Below are positions 15,848-24,277 of a stretch of 33,079 bases of DNA, piece after piece. Origin of the DNA: Thermodesulfobacteriota bacterium (GTDB lineage: Bacteria > Desulfobacterota > GWC2-55-46 > JAUVFY01); NCBI GenBank assembly GCA_036482575.1, contig JAZGJJ010000114.1, positions 1-33,079 on the forward strand, written 5' to 3'. Below the pieces are notes generated by a model. That model ran no database searches, had not been told where the DNA came from, and was given only the letters and a program-made list of their open reading frames with translations. Position 1 is the first letter of the stretch, and each line of letters begins with the position of its first letter. The position numbers were made by a program, and so were the translations under genes.

Positions 15848-15996
15848 CCCGAGCGAATAGGCGTTGGGGTAGACCAGGCAGACCCGTACCCTTCCGCCCG
15901 GGTCCTTGCGGACCGTGCCCTTCTCCTTTTCGAGCTTCTCCTTCGCCCTTCTTTTAAGCTCCCACGATATGGCCTATACACCTCCGTCTTCGGGTA

Positions 15997-16005
15997 TGTT
16001 ATAAT
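15997..16005 (+). promoter_or_regulatory. Extended -10 element (TGTTATAAT) for the plus-strand secretin-like gene
   Basis: Matches TGnTATAAT, about 70 nt upstream of GTG 16077. A second TATAAT is at 16015-16020. Confidence 0.35.
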
Positions 16006-16076
16006 CGGACTGATTATAATACAGGCCATTATCCCACAGGCCCGCCGTCTTTACAATAATATGGAGGTCTATCCCC

Positions 16077-16976
16077 GTGTTGAGCCCCATGCGCTTCGTT
16101 GCCATACTCTTTCTTCTCTCCCTTTGCTGGGCTGTTCTTGGCTCCCCCCCCTCCCCTTCGTTCGCCGCCGAGCCGGTCATGAAGATCTTCAAGATAGGCT
16201 ACATGGACGTGAAGGAGGCCGAGGCCCTTGTAAGGCCGTTCCTCTCGGAACGCGACAGGCTGACCTCGCACACGGGCACCAATACACTCGCAATAAAGGA
16301 TTTTCCCTCCAATATCGCCTCGATAGAGGAGCTGCTCGCCAGGACGGACGTAAGGCCGAAGAACGTCAGGATAAAAGTCTGGTTCGTCGACGGGGAGGAG
16401 CTCCAGAGGGTCGGGCTGAAGGTGAAGTGGAGCTACAAGGACGGCAACTGGTCAATGGGCAACTTCCTCGCGGCCGGTGGGGGGGGTGGAGGAGACGGAC
16501 TCGACGTCCGGGCCGTGGTGGGGCAGAGGACGGAGAAGGTCAGGAAGCGCGGACAGCAGAACGTCCTCGTCATGACAGGCAGGCGGGGCAGGATAGGGGT
16601 GGGCACGCACATGCCGTACCGCGACTGGTTCTTCGCCTACTCCCGGGACCAGGGCTACTACGCCAGCACGCTCAACTTCAAGAGGGTGAATACCGGCTTT
16701 TCGGTAGAGCCTCGCGTGAGTGGCGAGACTATAACTCTCGTAATCGCCCCGGAGGTCTCCTACCTGGCGGGCCAGGACGGCGGCACCATAGTCTACAGGC
16801 GGCTGGCCACCACAATCGAGGTGGAGGAAGGGGAGCCCGTTGTACTCGGCGGAAGCTCGGACAACACCGAGTCGGTCGTAACCCGCATTATCGGGGGCTT
16901 TGAGAAAAAAGAGAAGAAGAGCGAGTTCTACATGATCCTTATCGCCACGCTCGAGGATAAGAAGGGGTTCGACTGA
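16077..16976 (+). CDS. Short secretin-family protein (one NolW-like N domain plus a truncated secretin domain)
   Basis: Signal peptide. IFKIGYMDVKEAEALV...TNTLAIKDFPSNIASIEELLARTD resembles a secretin N domain. The C-terminal EGEPVVLGG...SEFYMILIATL resembles the end of the secretin domain. The length is only 299 aa. Confidence 0.55.
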   Translation: MLSPMRFVAILFLLSLCWAVLGSPPSPSFAAEPVMKIFKIGYMDVKEAEALVRPFLSERDRLTSHTGTNTLAIKDFPSNIASIEELLARTDVRPKNVRIKVWFVDGEELQRVGLKVKWSYKDGNWSMGNFLAAGGGGGGDGLDVRAVVGQRTEKVRKRGQQNVLVMTGRRGRIGVGTHMPYRDWFFAYSRDQGYYASTLNFKRVNTGFSVEPRVSGETITLVIAPEVSYLAGQDGGTIVYRRLATTIEVEEGEPVVLGGSSDNTESVVTRIIGGFEKKEKKSEFYMILIATLEDKKGFD

Positions 16977-17000
16977 GGGCGGGTTAAATTTATAGAATTG

Positions 17001-17720
17001 TTAAACAGCAATTGCCCGTGGCATTTCGTCCCATGTTCTACCTTCAAGCTCCCGCCCGTTTTTCTTTTTATTCATGCCGCCCCACTGTTTGAAGAAGAAA
17101 GGGACCCCTGCCTTCATACATTGATTGCGAATGTCGATTGCCCATAACGGGTCCATTGGGCGCGCTCTCGGGCCTGATTCACCCCCAACAATCACCCAAT
17201 CGATTCCCTTTAAATTTAGTCGATATATCGGTCCCAAAAGGGGCTCAATGGAAATAAATTTTATCGCCCCCTTTGTTTTACGGAGGTGGTCTATACGAAA
17301 AGTATAGTCCTGGTTCTCTACGCTAACCCCCGTCCAGATATGCGTGTCCAACGGCAAGCGTGGACTTAGTTCAAGTAGTCGGTCAGACCTCTTGGTAAGC
17401 ACTTGAAAGCGATGCCAATTTGCCTGCCTCATCACATCGAATACCTTAAATATAAATTCGTCCGGGACATCCTCGTGGAAGAGATCGCTCATAGAATTTA
17501 CAAAAACGGTCTGGGGTTTTTTCCACAAAAGAGGCAACTCTAATGCATGCCCATGCACAGTTGTTTTAAAGCCGTTGGTGTAGTTAGGCTGTCCCATAGC
17601 CTTGAGTCGTTTCGCCATTCGTTCGGCGTAACAGTGTTTACAGCCAGGACTAATCTTTGTACACCCCGTCACAGGGTTCCATGTGGATTCAGTCCATTCG
17701 ATAGATGAGTTTGCCGCCAT
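17001..17720 (-). CDS. Phage Gp37/Gp68 family protein (DUF5131), three-Cys motif
   Basis: [65 protein letters not shown] and FFFKQWGG are all hallmark blocks of the family. Confidence 0.9.
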   Translation of the reverse strand: MAANSSIEWTESTWNPVTGCTKISPGCKHCYAERMAKRLKAMGQPNYTNGFKTTVHGHALELPLLWKKPQTVFVNSMSDLFHEDVPDEFIFKVFDVMRQANWHRFQVLTKRSDRLLELSPRLPLDTHIWTGVSVENQDYTFRIDHLRKTKGAIKFISIEPLLGPIYRLNLKGIDWVIVGGESGPRARPMDPLWAIDIRNQCMKAGVPFFFKQWGGMNKKKNGRELEGRTWDEMPRAIAV

Positions 17721-18562
17721 TACATCATTCCCCGCCTACGGTATTTACTGAAAATATCTCCAACAATTTTACCACCGGTCGGATTCTGAGTGGCAAAAAA
17801 AAGGTAGTAAACAATACTTCCCTTGGTATTTCTCATGGCTATAGGTTCGGGAACATACCCAAAGCCAGCCACTTTCTTCAAGCGCTCTTGATACGCTTTT
17901 GTAAGCATCCTAATATCCTCTTTTCTTTCTTCTTCCGCACCAAACAGGTCCATTTCTTTAGTATACGCTATTTCCCTCCAAGATTCATCCCCCCAAAAAG
18001 CGTTCATTCTCTCTATGTGAGCCGGGCCTACGGTATCCAGCTTATGCTTGAGCACATTCATATTCATATCCATAACTGGAAAGTTCAACAATATTTCCAT
18101 GCTTTTACATTTCCCTGCGGCCTCAACAACTTTCCAGTTCAGATGTAATCCATATGGGTCGAGCAAGCAAAGACCCCTTTCAAACTTCTCGTAGCGCACC
18201 TTCGGAAAGACTTTCTCTAACAAAACCAAATTGCAATCGTCCACATAGTAGTGAACATCCGCTCTGTCCCCTACCAGATCTTTTAAGACGTTCACCTTAT
18301 TTTTGTTCTTGTCTATAAAGTGATACTCACGGAATGGAGTATCTATGTAAAGAGTTCTGATGGGGCTTCCAGAAATCGACTTTCCCGTGGTTTTTGAGAC
18401 ATGCATGCCGGCACCGGCAAAAGCATCTATGTAAATGTGATAAAAACCCTTTTGGGCCGACATAATCTTTGAGAATGCCGCAGCATACTCCTTGATAATA
18501 TTAAGCTTGATCTCGGACCAGTAACCAATTTCATCAAACTTCAACCCCGACTTCTTAACCAT
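17720..18562 (-). CDS. tcmP: Three-Cys-motif partner protein TcmP (methyltransferase-like Rossmann fold)
   Basis: Sits adjacent to and overlaps DUF5131 by 1 nt (TAATG). Motifs [22 protein letters not shown] and LLDPYG occur in class-I methyltransferase order. Confidence 0.8.
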   Translation of the reverse strand: MVKKSGLKFDEIGYWSEIKLNIIKEYAAAFSKIMSAQKGFYHIYIDAFAGAGMHVSKTTGKSISGSPIRTLYIDTPFREYHFIDKNKNKVNVLKDLVGDRADVHYYVDDCNLVLLEKVFPKVRYEKFERGLCLLDPYGLHLNWKVVEAAGKCKSMEILLNFPVMDMNMNVLKHKLDTVGPAHIERMNAFWGDESWREIAYTKEMDLFGAEEERKEDIRMLTKAYQERLKKVAGFGYVPEPIAMRNTKGSIVYYLFFATQNPTGGKIVGDIFSKYRRRGMM

Positions 18563-18607
18563 GCCAACCCCTTAGTCTTGTCCGAAGCCATAAATCACCG
18601 CCGCTCT

Positions 18608-18961
18608 TCAGTCCACCTTATACGGGCAGTCGCTCATTGATACGCAAAAGCCGTGGTTCGCCGCGCATATCGTAATACAGACGTCATGCCACTCCGCGTC
18701 CACTTCGAAGACGCCGTCGTCATCCCCAGCCGCGGCCGCTGCCGCCTCCGCCTCTATTATCCGCTCCGCCCCGACATACCCGCCGAGGTTTATCCCCTTC
18801 TCGAACGCTATGGGGTCCTTGCTTGCAAAGCCGCCCGTCTCGGGGTCGTAGTAGCTCGCGCGGTAGTAGTAGAGCCCGGCCTCCCGGTTCCACTCCCTTT
18901 TTATACGGGTATACACCAACATGGGGACGCTTTCCGTGCTTTTGCTTATCACAGTCGACAT
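18608..18961 (-). CDS. Orphan RHS repeat-associated core fragment with a short Cys-rich tail (probable gene remnant)
   Basis: REWNREAGLYYYRASYYDPETGGFASKDPIAFEKGINLGGYV matches the end of RHS/YD cores. There are no YD repeats upstream and no DPxGL. The tail is CITICAANHGFCVSMSDCPYKVD. Confidence 0.7.
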   Translation of the reverse strand: MSTVISKSTESVPMLVYTRIKREWNREAGLYYYRASYYDPETGGFASKDPIAFEKGINLGGYVGAERIIEAEAAAAAAGDDDGVFEVDAEWHDVCITICAANHGFCVSMSDCPYKVD

Positions 18962-19102
18962 AGGGCCGTCTCCTTCCCCGGGAATCTCTAAGTCCCGATT
19001 GAAAGCACCTGTATCGCACCGACCTCCGTAACAGAGCGGCGTAACGGAGCGGCAAGCCTCTGGGAATCATCTCGCGATGTATATTCAAAAGAACACTCCT
19101 TT

Positions 19103-19125
19103 CCCGGCCCTTTCGTAAGGCCGGG
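19103..19125 (-). terminator. Hairpin immediately after the ftsZ stop (weak terminator candidate)
   Basis: CCCGGCC (19103-19109) / GGCCGGG (19119-19125) with a 9-nt loop. No clean U-tract follows. Confidence 0.35.
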
Positions 19126-20295
19126 TTAGTCCGCCTGCTTCCTCAGGAAGGTCGGGGTATCGTAGTGGTCCTCGTCCGCGGCGTTGAAGCCGCCGAGCTT
19201 CCCGAGCCTCGTGACCTCGCCCTTGCCGAGCTGGGCGGCCTTCTCCTGCTCCTTCCTCACCACCGTGGGCACGTCGAGGTCCTCGATGATGACGGCCGGG
19301 GCCACCCCGCCCCTGTAGACCTTCTCGCCCTTGGCCTTGCCGAAGCCCGTGGCAACGACCGTTATCCTTATCTCGTCGACGAGCGCCTCGTCGAACACCA
19401 CGCCGGTTATTATGTTGGCGTCGTTGTGGGCCTCCTCGTGGATAAGGCTCATGGCCTCGTGCATGTCGTGGAGCGTCAGCTCGCTCGAAGCGCCGGTTAT
19501 GTTGACCAGCACCCCCCTGGCCCCGCTTATGGAGATGTCCTCCAGGAGCGGACTCGTTATGGCCTTCCTCGCCGCATCCTGGGCCCTGTTGTCTCCGTCG
19601 GCCGTGCCGCTGCCCATTATGGCCTGCCCCATCTCGCCCATGATGGTCCTGACGTCGGCGAAGTCCACGTTCACGAGCCCGGGGACGGTTACGACGTCGG
19701 AGATCCCCCTTACGGCCTGGTAGAGCACGTCGTCGGCCTTCTTGAAGGCCTCGGCCAGAGAGGTCTTCTTCCCGGCCACCGAGAGGAGCCTCTGGTTGGG
19801 TATGGTGATGACCGTATCCACCGTCTCCCGGAGCCTCTTAAGACCGTCCTCGGCCATCTTCGCCTTCCTGGTGCCCTCGAAGGAGAAAGGCTTCGTCACG
19901 ACGGCCACGACGAGCGCGCCGCACTCCCTGGCGGCCTCGGCCACTACCGGGGAGCCGCCGGTGCCCGTGCCGCCGCCCATGCCGGCCGTGACGAAGACCA
20001 TGTCCGCGCCGTCGATGGCCTGCATTATCTGATCCTTGCTCTCAATGGCGGCGTCCCTGCCCACCTCGGGGTTGGCCCCGGCGCCGAGCCCCTTCGTGAG
20101 GTTCGCGCCCAGCTGGATCTTCACGTCGGCCATCGAGGCATCGAGCGCCTGGCTGTCCGTGTTGGCGGAGAGGAAGTCCACCCCGTCGAGCCCTCCGCTT
20201 ATCATCGTGTCCACGGCGTTGCTGCCGCAGCCGCCCACGCCCACGACCTTCAGCTTTGCCCCTCTGTTAAAACCGTCTTCGAAATCGAATCCCAT
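19126..20295 (-). CDS. ftsZ: Cell division GTPase FtsZ
   Basis: KLKVVGVGGCGSNAV, GGGTGTGGSP (tubulin signature), and position in the dcw cluster. Confidence 0.97.
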   Translation of the reverse strand: MGFDFEDGFNRGAKLKVVGVGGCGSNAVDTMISGGLDGVDFLSANTDSQALDASMADVKIQLGANLTKGLGAGANPEVGRDAAIESKDQIMQAIDGADMVFVTAGMGGGTGTGGSPVVAEAARECGALVVAVVTKPFSFEGTRKAKMAEDGLKRLRETVDTVITIPNQRLLSVAGKKTSLAEAFKKADDVLYQAVRGISDVVTVPGLVNVDFADVRTIMGEMGQAIMGSGTADGDNRAQDAARKAITSPLLEDISISGARGVLVNITGASSELTLHDMHEAMSLIHEEAHNDANIITGVVFDEALVDEIRITVVATGFGKAKGEKVYRGGVAPAVIIEDLDVPTVVRKEQEKAAQLGKGEVTRLGKLGGFNAADEDHYDTPTFLRKQAD

Positions 20296-20323
20296 GACAA
20301 CCTCCTTTTTTTCGATCCCTGCT

Positions 20324-21550
20324 TTAAAAGAACTCCTTTATCCAGTGCTTCATCCTTTGAACGAGCTTGTTGAATACGTTCTTGCCACCCCTCTTGAACT
20401 GCATCTCCTCGGAGTGCCCGGCGCCGTAGATAACGAGCCCCACGCCCGTTGCGTACATGGGGCTGCTGACGACGTCCACGAGGCCGGTTATCCCCCGCGG
20501 AATCCCCCTCCTCACCGGCAGGTTGAAGACCTGCTCGGCAAGCTCCACCATGCCCTCCATCGAAGCCGTCCCGCCGGTTATGACTATCCCCGAGGAGATG
20601 TACCTGTCGTAGCCCGACTTCATCATCTCCCTCCATACGAGGTCGAATATCTCCTCCATACGGGGCTCGATTATCTCGCCGAGGATGTGCCTGGAGACGG
20701 TCCGGGGCTTATGCCCCCCCACGCTAGGGACCTCTATGGTCTCCTCCTCGGAGGCGAGAGCGGTCATGGCGCAGCCGAACTTCTTCTTTATCTTCTCGGC
20801 CTCGCTCTGAGGGGTCCTGAGCCCCACGGCTATGTCGCCGGTGACCTGGTTGCCCCCGAGAGAGATGACGGTCGTGTACTTGATCGTGCCCCCGTGGAAT
20901 ATGGCTATGTCGGTTGTGCCCCCGCCTATGTCGACGAGCGCCACCCCGAGTTCCTTCTCGTCGTGGCTCAGGACCGCCTCGCTCGAAGCTATCTGCTGGA
21001 GCGCTATGTCGGCCACGTCAAGCCCGGCCTTGTTGGCGCACTTCACTATATTCTGGGCCGAGGTCACCGCGGCCGTAACGATGTGGACCTTTACCTCGAG
21101 CCTTATGCCGTTCATCCCGAGCGGCTCCTGGATCCCCTCCTGGTCGTCTATTATGTACTCCTGGGGGATGACGTGAATGACCTCCCTGTCCGGGGGTATG
21201 GCCACGGCCTGGGCCGCCTCTATGACCCGCTCCACGTCGTTCTTCGTTATTTCGGCGTCCTTTACGGCTATCACGCCGTGGCTGTTAAACGCCCTTATGT
21301 GCCCGCCGGAGATGCCCGCGTAGACCCTGTTTATCTCGCAGCCGGCCATGAGCTCGGCCTCCTCCATTGCCTTCTTTATCGACTGGACGGTACTCTCTAT
21401 GTTGATGACCACACCCTTCCTGAGCCCCTTGGAGGGATGGGTCCCCATGCCGATAATCTCCATCCCCTCCTCTGTCTCCTCCCCGACTATCGCGCATACC
21501 TTCGTGGTGCCCACGTCGAGCCCGACAACTATGTTATCCTTCCTGGCCAT
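20324..21550 (-). CDS. ftsA: Cell division protein FtsA
   Basis: VGLDVGTTKVCAIVGE, actin-like ATPase blocks (DIGGGTTD), and position upstream of ftsZ. Confidence 0.96.
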   Translation of the reverse strand: MARKDNIVVGLDVGTTKVCAIVGEETEEGMEIIGMGTHPSKGLRKGVVINIESTVQSIKKAMEEAELMAGCEINRVYAGISGGHIRAFNSHGVIAVKDAEITKNDVERVIEAAQAVAIPPDREVIHVIPQEYIIDDQEGIQEPLGMNGIRLEVKVHIVTAAVTSAQNIVKCANKAGLDVADIALQQIASSEAVLSHDEKELGVALVDIGGGTTDIAIFHGGTIKYTTVISLGGNQVTGDIAVGLRTPQSEAEKIKKKFGCAMTALASEEETIEVPSVGGHKPRTVSRHILGEIIEPRMEEIFDLVWREMMKSGYDRYISSGIVITGGTASMEGMVELAEQVFNLPVRRGIPRGITGLVDVVSSPMYATGVGLVIYGAGHSEEMQFKRGGKNVFNKLVQRMKHWIKEFF

Positions 21551-21588
21551 CTACCGTCTCACCCCCTTCCTTCTATTGAAAACCCGGC

Positions 21589-22413
21589 TCATGCGGCCTT
21601 GACTCCCGACCCCCTGAACCTTACGACCACACCGCGCTCGGCCGTCAAATCCACGGCCTCTATCCCATCGAGCTTTCCCTTCCTTGCCTCGACCACCCTG
21701 TCGAAGCTCAAGAACTTCTCGTCGAAGCCGTCGCTGCCGACCTCAACCCTTACCCCGCCGGCAAGGGTGTAAAGCGAAAAGCCGTACATGCGGTCGACGT
21801 GTATCTCGGATACGTCGTCGAGGCCGAACCGGGCCCTGCCGTCAAGGAAGTCTATAAGCTCCAGCAGCCCCCCTCCTATCCACGGCTCGGCGTCCATTAG
21901 CTCGAGCGTAAGTCCCGTCACCACGGGGAGGTCGAGCCCGTCGACCGCCGAGTACCTCTTGAAGACCGTCCCCTCCCTGTCCATCACGTACAACTCGTCC
22001 AGCCTTATGAACACCAGCGGCTCCCTCTCGGCCAGCGAGATATAGACCGCGTCCGGGAGTTCCCTCCTTATCTCGACACTCCTGACGAACGGGTGGTTCC
22101 TGAGCCTCTGCCGCGCCTCCCCCGTATCTACGGCAAGCAGGTTCTGCCCGGTGTCTATGCCCGAGAGCCCCCGCACCTCTTCTTCGCCGACCCTCTCCGC
22201 TCCGGCTATGTTGACCGTCTTTATCTCCAGGTACGGGCTATCGAGGAGCTCCCCGTAGAGCTTCCACCCGAAAAACGCAAGCGCCGGCACGGCCAGGGCC
22301 GTCCCCGTAAGCCTCGCGACCGAGAGGAAAAAACTCTTAAGCCTCTGCCGTACCCCGACCTTCCGGGGAATATCTTTCTTTCTGTTGCTGCGCTTACTCT
22401 GTTTTGTTTTCAT
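21589..22413 (-). CDS. ftsQ: Cell division protein FtsQ (POTRA domain)
   Basis: Basic N-terminus, a single TM helix, then a POTRA-like region, lying between ddl and ftsA. Confidence 0.85.
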   Translation of the reverse strand: MKTKQSKRSNRKKDIPRKVGVRQRLKSFFLSVARLTGTALAVPALAFFGWKLYGELLDSPYLEIKTVNIAGAERVGEEEVRGLSGIDTGQNLLAVDTGEARQRLRNHPFVRSVEIRRELPDAVYISLAEREPLVFIRLDELYVMDREGTVFKRYSAVDGLDLPVVTGLTLELMDAEPWIGGGLLELIDFLDGRARFGLDDVSEIHVDRMYGFSLYTLAGGVRVEVGSDGFDEKFLSFDRVVEARKGKLDGIEAVDLTAERGVVVRFRGSGVKAA

Positions 22414-22416
22414 AGT

Positions 22417-23364
22417 TCAAGCCGTGCCCACTGGCGCGCCGAGGAGTATCTCCTCTATAAGGGCGGCGTAGCCTATGCCCACGGACCCCGCGGCCATCGG
22501 TAAAAGACTCATCTCGGTCATGCCGGGCACGGTATTGAGTTCGAGTACGTAAGGCTTTTCGTCCTTGTTCATAACCATATCGACCCTCGCCGCCCCGCTG
22601 CACCCGAGTGCGGTGTAGGCGTCGAGCGCCACGGCCTTCACCCTGCCCTCGACCTTCTTGTCGAGCTTCGCGGGTACGACGAACTCGGTCATACCCTTCG
22701 TATACTTGGCCTGGTAGTTATAGATGCCCTCCTTCGGTATTATCTCCACTATCGGCAGGACCCTTTCGCCGAGGATAGAGACCGTAAGCTCCCTGCCCTC
22801 TATAAAGCTTTCGACCATGGCCGTATCTCCGTATCGGAAGGCCTCCCTAAGGGCCGCGTCGTAGGCGACCGGGTCCTTTACGACACTCACACCGAGCGTC
22901 GAGCCCTCGGAGGGGGGCTTTACTATAACGGGCATGGGCGGTGGCTGCGCCGCCTTACCACCGGCCCTGACCAGACGGAACGGCGGCGTCGGTATGTCGT
23001 GGTAATAAAGGAACTTCTTTGTCGCCACCTTATCCATTGCCACTGCACTCGCCAGCACGCCGGAGCCGGTGTACGGTATGCCCATGACCTCAAGCATGCC
23101 CTGGACCGAGCCGTCCTCGCCCCACCCGCCGTGAAGCGCAATAAAGGCAACCTCCACGCCTTCGGTCTTGAGCCTCCTGGCCACGTCGTTGTCCGCGTCT
23201 ATAAGCATCGCCCTGTAGTCCCTGGACTGAAGTGCTTTCAGCACGGCCCCACCCGTCTTAAGGGATATCTCCCTCTCCCCGGAGGTCCCCCCCATGAGCA
23301 CGCCCGTCTTCTTCATCCTGAAGGCGGCCTTTCTCTCTTCCAGTTCCCCCGGCTCCATCGCCAC
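22417..23364 (-). CDS. ddl: D-alanine--D-alanine ligase
   Basis: KKTGVLMGGTSGEREISL, ALHGGWGEDGSVQG, and ATP-grasp blocks. The start may be ATG 23316 (MKKTGVLMGG) rather than GTG 23364. Confidence 0.93.
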   Translation of the reverse strand: MAMEPGELEERKAAFRMKKTGVLMGGTSGEREISLKTGGAVLKALQSRDYRAMLIDADNDVARRLKTEGVEVAFIALHGGWGEDGSVQGMLEVMGIPYTGSGVLASAVAMDKVATKKFLYYHDIPTPPFRLVRAGGKAAQPPPMPVIVKPPSEGSTLGVSVVKDPVAYDAALREAFRYGDTAMVESFIEGRELTVSILGERVLPIVEIIPKEGIYNYQAKYTKGMTEFVVPAKLDKKVEGRVKAVALDAYTALGCSGAARVDMVMNKDEKPYVLELNTVPGMTEMSLLPMAAGSVGIGYAALIEEILLGAPVGTA

Positions 23365-23368
23365 TTGG

Positions 23369-24277
23369 CTACTCCTCGCCCACGACCTTTATCTCCGGCT
23401 CGAGCACTATGCCCTTCATGCTGTAAACACTATCCCTTACCCGCGCCATGAGGGTCAGGACGTCCCTCGCCTCGGCCCTGCCGCGGTTCACTATATAGTT
23501 GGCGTGCACCTCCGAGATCTGTGCGTCACCGACCCTCTCGCCCTTGAGCCCGACCTCCTCTATGAGCTTTCCGGCCGCCTCTCCGGCGGGGTTCTTGAAT
23601 ACCGAGCCTGCGTTGGGAAACTTTATCGGGCTCGTCAGCTTGCGCCTGCCCCTTACTTCCTTTATCCTCTCCTCTATCTCCCCGACGCCCTTTTTCTTAA
23701 AGCTCATGTGCGCCCTTGTTATGACCGACCCCTTGGGCAAAGCGGTCTTCCTGTAGTCGAAGCCTATGTCGGCCTTTGAGATAAACCCCTTTTTGCCCTT
23801 CCGGCCGAGCACCTCCACACCATCGACCACGTCCTGCATCTCGCCCCCGTAGGCCCCGGCGTTCATGGTCACGGCCCCCCCGACCGTACCTGGTATTCCG
23901 GCGGCGAACTCGATCCCCGAGAGCCCCCTTTCCCTGCACTGCTCGACGAGCCTCGCAAGCCCCACGCCCGCGCCGCACTCGGCCCAGGTATCCCCCTTCC
24001 AGGACACGTCCTTGAAACCCTCGCTCATGTTCACCACTACGCCCCTTATCCCGCCGTCCCTTACGAGTATGTCGGTCCCCGAGCCGAAGACATGGACCGG
24101 GAACTTCTTCGAGTCCGCGAAGGACAGCAGGTCCTTCAGGTCGGCCTCGTTCTTGGGAAAGGCCATGACGTCGGCGGGCCCGCCTATGCCTATGGACGTG
24201 TACTCGCGCATGGGCACGTTGAAGAGGACCTTGCCCTTGAAGCGCTGGATGAACATGAGTTGGAACTGCGTGCCCAT
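23369..24277 (-). CDS. murB: UDP-N-acetylenolpyruvoylglucosamine reductase
   Basis: YTSIGIGGPADV, GSGTDILV, GAGVGL, NAGSVFKNP. Its start overlaps the murC stop. Confidence 0.95.
   Translation of the reverse strand: MGTQFQLMFIQRFKGKVLFNVPMREYTSIGIGGPADVMAFPKNEADLKDLLSFADSKKFPVHVFGSGTDILVRDGGIRGVVVNMSEGFKDVSWKGDTWAECGAGVGLARLVEQCRERGLSGIEFAAGIPGTVGGAVTMNAGAYGGEMQDVVDGVEVLGRKGKKGFISKADIGFDYRKTALPKGSVITRAHMSFKKKGVGEIEERIKEVRGRRKLTSPIKFPNAGSVFKNPAGEAAGKLIEEVGLKGERVGDAQISEVHANYIVNRGRAEARDVLTLMARVRDSVYSMKGIVLEPEIKVVGEE

Noticed and set aside
15053-16903. Very long plus-strand ORFs antisense to recognisable genes, for example 15053-16903, 20036-21772, 3604-5052, 24442-25707 and 1684-2724
   Set aside because: These are typical high-GC antisense shadows. 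They are Arg/Pro/Gly/His-rich, show no recognisable motifs, and each fully overlaps a gene with clear family signatures on the other strand.
19028-19053. Two tandem 13-nt units GTAAC(A/G)GAGCGGC between the RHS remnant and ftsZ
   Set aside because: There are only two copies with no further context, so it is not interpretable as CRISPR, an operator or a satellite.
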